A stretch of DNA of 64,000 bases from Octopus bimaculoides (taxonomy: Eukaryota), in the NCBI RefSeq assembly GCF_001194135.2, contig NC_068998.1, positions 27,477,104-27,541,103 on the forward strand, in the 5' to 3' direction. Positions 49,115-59,400 of this stretch are shown here, piece after piece. How positions within the stretch are numbered: the first letter of the stretch is position 1; every line of letters starts with the position of its first letter. The position numbers were made by a program, and so were the translations under genes. The notes below the pieces were generated by a model, which searched no databases, had not been told where the DNA came from, and saw only the letters and a program-made list of their open reading frames with translations.

Positions 49115-52100
49115 TATATGTATACATATAGATGTATATGTACACGTTATTCCACTAACTGAAACAATCACATTTCGATACTTTCAGAGAGAGAGAAAGA
49201 GATGTATATGTATACATATATATGTACACGTATATGCATAGATATATATATATATAGATAGATATAGATCTATATGCATACATGTATATGTATACACATG
49301 TGTAGATGTATATATATATATAGATGTACATGCAATATGTACACATATATATACATGCATACAGATATCTATACATATNNNNNNNNNNNNNNNNNNNNNN
49401 NNNNNNNNNNNNNNNNNNNNNNNNNNNNNNNNNNNNNNNNNNNNNNNNNNNNNNNNNNNNNNNNNNNNNNNNNNNNNNNNNNNNNNNNNNNNNNNNNNNN
49501 NNNNNNNNNNNNNNNNNNNNNNNNNNNNNNNNNNNNNNNNNNNNNNNNNNNNNNNNNNNNNNNNNNNNNNNNNNNNNNNNNNNNNNNNNNNNNNNNNNNN
49601 NNNNNNNNNNNNNNNNNNNNNNNNNNNNNNNNNNNNNNNNNNNNNNNNNNNNNNNNNNNNNNNNNNNNNNNNNNNNNNNNNNNNNNNNNNNNNNNNNNNN
49701 NNNNNNNNNNNNNNNNNNNNNNNNNNNNNNNNNNNNNNNNNNNNNNNNNNNNNNNNNNNNNNNNNNNNNNNNNNNNNNNNNNNNNNNNNNNNNNNNNNNN
49801 NNNNNNNNNNNNNNNNNNNNNNNNNNNNNNNNNNNNNNNNNNNNNNNNNNNNNNNNNNNNNNNNNNNNNNNNNNNNNNNNNNNNGTTGCAGACCTCCTTT
49901 GGGTCTTTTTATTATCACTACGACACACATAGTCCCCAGTTGGTAACATTGATTTCAAGGCCCTCCTAGATGAGAGACTGGCATTCCACTTAATGTCTAT
50001 GTTCCATGCTGGCATGGATTGGAGAGTTATTAATGTAGAAATATAGTATCGTAGCTACTAACAGTTGAGGGTTGCGTAGTCTAGACGGCGTTTTTAGATT
50101 TCATTATTCTCTTTAACCCGGGCAAAGCCGGGTATTTCTGCTAGTATAAGAATAAAAAGAGCCAATGAAAGAGTCTCTATGTGATTGTTGAGTTAGCTAG
50201 AAAACAACATCCAAATTTCTCTCAAATTACAACGCTTTGCAATCTTAGAAAAAGAACACATTAGATAATACAGTTTTAGATATACTGCAGCTGGATAAAA
50301 AGCTGGATTGATCAAGGCTGTAATGCTTTTGATTAACAGTCTACTCTATTGGGGTTAAACAACACACAAACCCCCACACAACTTTACCACTGTTCCTATA
50401 CTCATTACTCAATATGCTTTTTGTTGTTTTACATTTTCTGAGTTCAAATTCAATCAAAATCAATAGTTTACAGTAGGTGTAGCATATATTTCTCAAACCA
50501 GTAGAATTCACAGAAAATAATTTTTGAAATCTAAATTAATTGTCTGGCACTAACTGTATCAGTTATAACAGACCAATCATTAGTAAACTACTGATCCTTC
50601 AGTGTTTTGTTTCAATGCTGTATTGTATTGCAGAATATGTCTTTAGAGTTTATGCAACACTATATGTAGAAAGAGATGTAAATACCTTCTCTGTATATAC
50701 AAAAATGTCATGGACAGGAAAAGAAAAATCAACCAGATTAGTTTTAATCTTGTGTTGAGATTTCTTTAGGGAATGAGTAACCTTTGTAACTATCCATGGA
50801 GACCCGGCATATAAATTCACTATTACTAAGGAGCTTCGGCAAATGGGATAGACCAGTTGCATCTTTTATCTTTTACTTGTTTCAGTCATTAAACAGTGGC
50901 CATGTGTTTATAGATTTTTTTAGTCAACACTATATGTATAGACATATGCAAACACCTGTATATAGAATATCTCCATTCACAAAGATATTATATACATAAG
51001 ACAAGGTATTTACTTGTCTATAGAGTGCTGGTCAAAATCTATAGACTTACCTTGCAACAGAGTATGGTATAAGTCTATAGTTGTTCTAGAATAAAATTAG
51101 TAATTGTAGTTTGTCACATCAACATAACATGTAATGTTACTATATGTAAACTAATAAGTATTAAAGTTCATTTCAATACAACTAAAACAAAATACTTTTT
51201 TTAAATAAGAAAATGAAAATCTCACCAATGCATCAATATCAATTTGTTCATTTTTAAATATTTCTATTTTATCCTGAAGTCCAGCTTTAGCCAGTAAGTC
51301 TTCAAGATTCATCTCAGTTTCTTGGTTTGTATCTTCTTCCAATGCATTTGCCTTAAAACCAAACAAAAAATTCCAGTCATGACTAATTACTTTTTAAATA
51401 TTTAAATCCATGTTAACTTTTCAATAATCAAAATGGCAAACACTAAATTAAACTCAGCAATGATATCCAATCAAAATTTGCAACTAGATTTGCACTAACC
51501 ATTTTTAATATTGCCCTTTCTTTTATGCAGAAGAAACATGATTTTATTCCCAAGATTTATAATTAGAATTTGGTCATAGAAAATGCAAGAGTTATTAAAA
51601 ATAAATTTCATTTATTAAACAACATTTAATCCTGCTATTTCAAATGCATAAAAAATAATAACTCAAACACAAATATTCTGATCTATCTTCAGGTCACACA
51701 ACATTCAAATGTAGCCTGAGCATGTTCCCATACTAATGCAAATCATTGCGTGGAAATGACTGAAATATCATGTAAGTGTAGATCCAGTTAAAATGTCAGT
51801 CAACAAATGAGTCTTTGTGGTTACCTGATCAGCTAAAAGTAGTAAACAAATCTTTAAAATACACCCTACTTGTATTAATGAATAAGGAGGATACATTAGA
51901 TAAATGTAAGCCTAAATACATTATTCTTGAAAAATATTCAAACGGAATGTAATAGTTGGAATGCCTTCATTAATAGGCTAAGCTCAATCAATGCTGACTC
52001 TAGGCTAAGCAACAACACAAACTGAAAACAGTAAATATGTGAATAATGTTCATTCACTAAATATTCTTCAAACATTAATATTCATACATACAATTGGCAG

Positions 52101-55100
52101 CATTGAGACCAGGATTTGTTACTGGAAAGCAAAATTGTTGACTGCTCAGTCAAGCTGTGCTAAGAAGCATCATTCACTAGCAATTTTCCACAAAATTATG
52201 CCCGACCATTGTGCTGTTCATTTTTGAAGGACTGAGGGAAATATTATCTTACTTGGAAACAGCTAAAGGTCGGTGACAGCAAGAACATCCAGCTGTAGAA
52301 AATCTGCTTCAATGAACTTCATTCAACCATGCAAAAGTGTGTGTCAAAATGGTGAAACACTAAATTGTGTTCACCCTATAAATCAGTAATTCTCAAATGG
52401 GGTCCATACAGAATTTTATGGGGTCCAAGCAAAGAAAATAGCAAATTGGAGATCCACAGTATTATTTTAAGATACATGAAAAAATTCTGCTTTAGACACA
52501 TATAATGCATGAAACAACTAGGTTTCTTACTCTAATGCTTAACATGTTTGCTGCCACTGAAACGGGATCTCTCAGAAACTGCTATTGGGAATCTATATAA
52601 GTGAACATGTGAAGAACAAAATAGGAATTTTGAAAGAATTAGCAATAAAACTCGTTTTTAAACACTGAATAGCTACAGGGGCTTATCAAAGTCAAAAGGG
52701 TTCATAGGTAAAAATGGTTGAGAACTACAGCTCTAAATAATGTTCATACATTAAAACATTGCTGTGTGGGAGCATGACAGAAACACCAACATGGGAACAT
52801 GCCCAGCAAATGAATCATCATTTAACCTTTCACAAAGCCCTTTCAGATTCTATGTAGCCCCAGAGTAGTTCAAACATGACAAGACTGAAATTGCAATGAC
52901 TCAGTTATGGACATGGCTTTTGTTTAAATTTGGATGTCAGCTCTATATTTCTGTACCACAAAATTAATTAGGTTCACAATTATGAAATTTGTTCATTGAA
53001 TCACTGTAAGGTGTTGCCTACATATATCGCCAAGAAAATTATCCTACGTAGAATAAACATCATCAAAGTGTTCATCCTATGTGGAATAAACATTGCTATC
53101 TTTTATCTGTTCCAATCATTAGATTGGCCATGCTGGGACAACAAGCCTGGTACTTATTCTATTGGTCTCTATAGCTGAACCACTAAGTTACAAAGACATA
53201 AACGCACCAATACCAGTTGTCAAGTGGTGGCGGGGGGACAAACAAAGATACAAAGACACACACACACACACACACACAGACAAATTTACACATCAGTTTC
53301 CATCTACCAAATTCATTCACAAAGCTTTGGTCAACCTAAGGTTATAGTAGAAGACACTTGCCCAAAGTGCCATGCAGTGTGATTGGGAAGCAAGCTTCTT
53401 ACCACACAGCCAAGCTTGTGCCTATATTAAGCTATTTATCCTATGCGTATACAGCAGCATTAAACTGGTTTCTAGGGGGTGGTTTTACAGTCATTTTTTT
53501 TAATGACAAAATAACAAAGATGTTTACCTTGTCTACTTCTGGAACAGGAACTGGTTCAGGACTAACATCCTTGCTTTTGTCTCCTAATTTCTGATTATTT
53601 TGAGGATTGTGCTGATGCAACAACAAATCAAAAAGAATAGATGAACCTGAAATTGTAGAATATGAGACATATTAGAATTAACTGGATTAGAGTATGCAAT
53701 GAATTAAATGGGAACATTATCTTCATTATAATGAGGGTATATATACTGAAGTAATGATTTCCATCTACATTCTGTTTTTAGATCTGACAAGGATCAAATA
53801 TATTCTACATATATAAGTTCAATGAAATAAGTATCAGGCATAACTGTAGTTGATTCCTTAGAAATTTATAGTCTTATGCTTCTACAAAACAATTATTATT
53901 ATTATTATTATTATTATTACTACTACTACTACTATTGCTATTATTGAGAGAGAGAGAAATGCATGCCATTGAGGTAACACTGGGGTACAAATGTACAAAG
54001 CCCAAGATACCCACATGACTACCCGTGTGATAAGGGTACACCAGGCACATGCATCACAACCATATGTGTGCAATATAGTGATTTCATATCAAGATAAACA
54101 GCGCATGACCTTGTTAGAATTTTCTTCAGGTCAAGTAGCCCATCCCACTCAAATGGTCCTAGAATAAGGGTTGTTTAAAGATGATGAATGAAACACCCGT
54201 TTCCAGAGGTGAATTATTCAAACCCTCAAAGAATTCCTCTCAACACATGGCTATGATGCCTCCCCACTACTCCTGCTCAAGATCAAAAATGCACATAACG
54301 TCAGCCACTAAGGGACATGCTCGACTGGTGAAGGTCAAGCGACAAGCAAATCTGTGGTATTGAGCAGAATATTTGCTGTAGACCATCTTTTATACCAAGA
54401 CAAAACATGTACATGATAACACTTCCAATTAGCTAAGATCAGAAGCCATGAGAGCCACTGCCTGGTACTGCATCCAGGCATTTATCATCATCATCATCAT
54501 TATTACTATTAAGAATGGCAGTGAGCTGGCAGAATTATTAGCACACTGAGCAGAATGCTCAGTCGTACTTCACCTGTCTTTATGTTCAATTTCTACCAAG
54601 ATCAACTTTGCATTCATCCTTTTGGGATCAATAAATTAAGTACTAGTCAAGTACTGGGGTCGATATGATCGACTTACCCACTCCCCACAAATTTCACGAC
54701 TTGTGCCTAAAGTATAAAGGATTATTATTATTATTATTATTATTATTATCATTATTATTAAGGTGGCAAGCTGGTAGAATTGTTAGCATGCTGGGTAAAA
54801 TGCTTAGTGGCATTTTGTCTGTCTTTGTGTTCTAAGTTCGAATGCCAGTGAGCTTGACTTTGCCTTTCATTCTTCCGGGGTCGATAAAATAAGTACTAGC
54901 TGAGCATTGGGGTCAATGCAATCAACTAGACACCCTCCCCTGAACTTGCTGGCTTGAGCCAAAATTTGAAATCATCCTTATTATTATAATTATATACATT
55001 ATTAATATATAGGTATTAGAAACATTACATAAAATATTTCAGTATTACCAACATTACATACAATATATTGGTTTTACATACAATTATATTGATAGAATAT

Positions 55101-56352
55101 TTCTGTAATGATTAACAAGTAGTTAAAATGTTCTTTCTTCTTAATCCTATGTGTCACAGGCACATAAATCACATACCGAAGGATTATATCAACTGTTGTC
55201 TCACAAGTTGAGAGACAACAGAACTGTTGTTGATGTAATACAAAAACTTGACATGAAGAAATGAGGTTGTTATTGTAAAGTTAATAGAACACTAACCTAA
55301 ACTATGCCCAGATACTGACACAGTTCCTTTGAAAGTAGGGTTTCTCAATAAAAATAATTCATAGAGACGATTAATTTCAGAACCAACAGTATCACACATT
55401 GTCTGTAGAAAAGAAAGAGAAAAAAAAAATCACATTTTATGATGACAAGATCTAGTTGGATACTTTGAACCCCATTATTTTATCATGCCACACACTTTAA
55501 TCCTTTTGTAAATATGTTAACCCTTTTGTTACCATACTTCTGTTGAACTACATTGCATTTGGTTTAATTAATTTTGAAAATAATAAAGAATTTTGTAAAG
55601 TATAGATGGCAGGGGAAATGCGGTGGGACAACTACTCTGACTCATGGGGCTTGCACTTGCAGATAGCCACCACCACCCCAATAGTGGTGAGCAGGGATAT
55701 GGTCCAGCAGCCAAGAACGTAAGAGGCCTCCACTGCCACAGGTATAATTAATCAAACTTGTTTGATCACATTTAAACTTCAGAAAAATGTAGCAAATGTC
55801 ATTATTACAAACACAAAGAAGCTGGTATTCAAACAAATTAACAAGGAATTTTAATGGGAAATTTAAATTTAGATCACTTTATATAGAAAAAGTGTATCAT
55901 AACAGGGTTGGTATCAAAAGGGTTAATAAAAACAAATATAATTACACTTAACTCTCAAACAGTTACTACTACAACAAATAATCTTAGAAATATAGAAATC
56001 AGTTTGAGAGTCATTGTGAGAGTCAATGTTAAATGAAAGGGTTGTAATTCAGATTTGTGATATTAATCAGCAAAAGGAATATATTTACCTGACAGTATTT
56101 GGGACTGGTATAAAACAAAATATCTAACAATGTATCATTGATAAATTGCCGAAGCTTCTGCGTGCTTGGAAGGGTTATTGCTTTCAGTTGACTGAAGAGA
56201 AAGAAATTGAGAGTAAATGCCAGTTAAATACAAGTCAAAAAGGGGTGAAATGTTAACAGGGATAATCAGATCCAACACACTCTACCATCACCTTTTCTGT
56301 ACTGCCAGTTATCGCGCGCGCGCGCGCGCGCGCACGCACACGCACACGCACA

Positions 56353-56401
<49 letters not shown>

Positions 56402-59400
56402 GAAATATTTGTTACTAAAATCCATCCCTCTCTCTTATTCCCCATCAATCTCTCCAACCTCGGTCACACTGCTCCAGCCACCATACTCTTGCTCCTTTCA
56501 CCCACTCATCCTGGTTCTTCTATCATCTCTCTCTCTTTTATTCACATTGCCTAGAAGGAATAGAAACACTGCTGAGTACTAGCTGGGACTACAGTAGGAA
56601 TAATCAGCAATCACCTGAAGTCATGATTTGCTGGAATATTACCCATACGATCAACAAAATCTGACCAATCACACCTTCACATGGAATAGACTCCAGTGAT
56701 GATTCCAATTTTTGGTGCGCTTCCTTCTGAGCCTACCAATCAGTATAAATTTGACATGCCATAACTAGAGAGCATTGACAGAGATGATAGGAGATGGCCA
56801 ACAGATATGATGGGCAACAGCTGACAACACAAAAGCAATGAACAGTCAGAAGACAGAAGACATTAGAAGTCAGTAGTACAGTGAGCAGCTAACTACACTT
56901 TATCTGCTGCTGCAATTACAAGAAGAATAACATTCAAAACTCTCTCAATGTTTTGTCATTTGTAGTAACAACATTTGTTTTCTGTGCATGAAAAGAATAA
57001 AATTTTGTTGATCAAAAATTGCAACAGACATCAGTGTTCTTCATACAGGACTCTTTAGTTTTGTATGTACAAGGCAACTTCAACAGGGCTGTTACCATGA
57101 TAAACTGCAGCCACTACACACTGTAATGTTGCTGGTAAATGAATAGAAATAACACAAGTTCAAGAGGACCCTTTATTCTTGTCAAAGACATTTCTCTAGT
57201 GCTGATGCTATGAAGAAATGTACCCAGTATGTACTGTAAAGTGATTGGGGTCAGGAAGGGCATCAAGATGACACAGCAAAAGTGTTAAGGCTGCTCCCCC
57301 TGATGAAGAGGATTGGCTTGCAAGAGCCCTATGCCAGTGTCACATAAAAAACATTTGTGCTGGCACCATGTAAGAGTGCTTATGCTGGTGCCATGTTCCA
57401 AACCCCTAGCACACACTGTAAAGTGGTTGGCATTAGGATGGGCATTCAGCCATAGAAACCAAGCGAAATCAGACTGGAACCTGATGAAGCTCTCCGGCTT
57501 GCCAGCTCTGGTTAAAATGTCCAACTCATGCCAGCATAGAAAACAGATGATGATGATGAGGGCAGTAATTCTGAATTTGAACTAACTCAGAACATGACAA
57601 CCTGTCTACTCATGCCAGTATGGAAAGCAGACATAAAAATGATAAGATAATTGCACTAAAGCCAATAAAGGAAGTTTTATAAGGTGGTTTGAGCTATGAT
57701 AAATAGCAGGCAAATTTATTTCAAATTACACTCCACTCTTTTGACAAAACATATGGGATGTGTGCCTGCAAAGATGACATGATGATTAGAGCTAATCTAG
57801 AGTTAAACAACAGTAGCAACAATTAAACAAAATCACGTAGTTCATAAAGAAGCCTGTTTGAGGTTGTTCAAGCTGCAAGAACTAGCAGTCAAATCTCACT
57901 CAAAACACATTCTACTATTTTAAAAATGAAAAGTTACATTGGATAATGTCTGTCCTGATTACATTAGACATGATAAAAGATAAGGTGGCCAGACTAGAAT
58001 GTCTTTGGATTTGCTCGATCAAGGAGCTAAATGACAGAAAAACCACACACTTGTTCAAAGGAGATTTACAGTAAATACATTCCAAGTGCAATATCAAAAT
58101 TTAATTCAAAATCCTTGTAAAATTAGATTGTATTTAATATTACATGTACCATTAATTCAGCATTAAAAAGAAACAACCCAAGTACTTACTTATCTATGCC
58201 AGTAGCTTCACTGTGCAATGCAGAATGCCAATGAACTGGCAGATATTCAACACGACCAACATAGCCTGATCTAATGCCTTCACTGAAGTGAGATTGTAAT
58301 AAGGTCTGTGAAATTGAACGGAAGTCATCAACTGAAGGGAAAAAAAAAAATGTTATCAATTCAACTGTGATTAATTAAAGTAGATATCACTTAACAAATC
58401 AACATTTTGACTGATCGTAAATACAATTAGAAATGAGAATTTAACAGCAATTTATATGGAATAACTTTACATTAAGGAGTGGAACATACAATTTTCGGTA
58501 ATTCATACTGCCTCATGATCCCAGCAGACAATGGAAAAGGCATTGACCCAGAAGATGGCAGGGGAAATGCAGTGGGACAACTACTCTGACTCATGGGGCT
58601 TGCACTTGCAGGTAGCCATCACCACCCTAATAGTGGTGAGCAGGGATATGGTCCAGCAGCCAAGAACGTGAGAGGCCTCCACTACCACAGGTATAATTAA
58701 TCAAACTTGATCACATTTGAACTTCAGAAAAATGTATCAAATGTCATTATTACAAACACAAAAAAATTAGTGAAGTAACTTTAAACTATAAAACAATATT
58801 ACTTACCGCATTCGACAATACTGCGGAAGCGTAGATCACAAACAGGTCCAATGCCATGAACTATAAACACAAGATGATCAATTTGCCCAGTTTCACCTAA
58901 AGAGGATGTAAGAAGAAATAATTGAAACTCATAAAATTCCTTAAATAGCCTGAAAATTCAAACCTACAACACCTTGGATACAAGAGAATAAAATTTCGAA
59001 ACAAAAGAAAGGAAAAAAATAAAAACAACAAGCACATCAATCTCATATATATATATATATATATANNNNNNNNNNNNNNNNNNNNNNNNNNNNNNNNNNN
59101 NNNNNNNNNNNNNNNNNNNNNNNNNNNNNNNNNNNNNNNNNNNNNNNNNNNNNNNNNNNNNNNNNNNNNNNNNNNNNNNNNNNNNNNNNNNNNNNNNNNN
59201 NNNNNNNNNNNNNNNNNNNNNNNNNNNNNNNNNNNNNNNNNNNNNNNNNNNNNNNNNNNNNNNNNNNNNNNNNNNNNNNNNNNNNNNNNNNNNNNNNNNN
59301 NNNNNNNNNNNNNNNNNNNNNNNNNNNNNNNNNNNNNNNNNNNNNNNNNNNNNNNNNNNNNNNNNNNNNNNNNNNNNNNNNNNNNNNNNNNNNNNNNNNN

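Noticed and set aside
55603-55750. Assignment of the duplicated element to U1 (TGGCAGGGGA) or U17/snR30 (ATATCCCTG)
   Set aside because: Only isolated short matches; no Sm site, no m2 motif and no properly placed ACA
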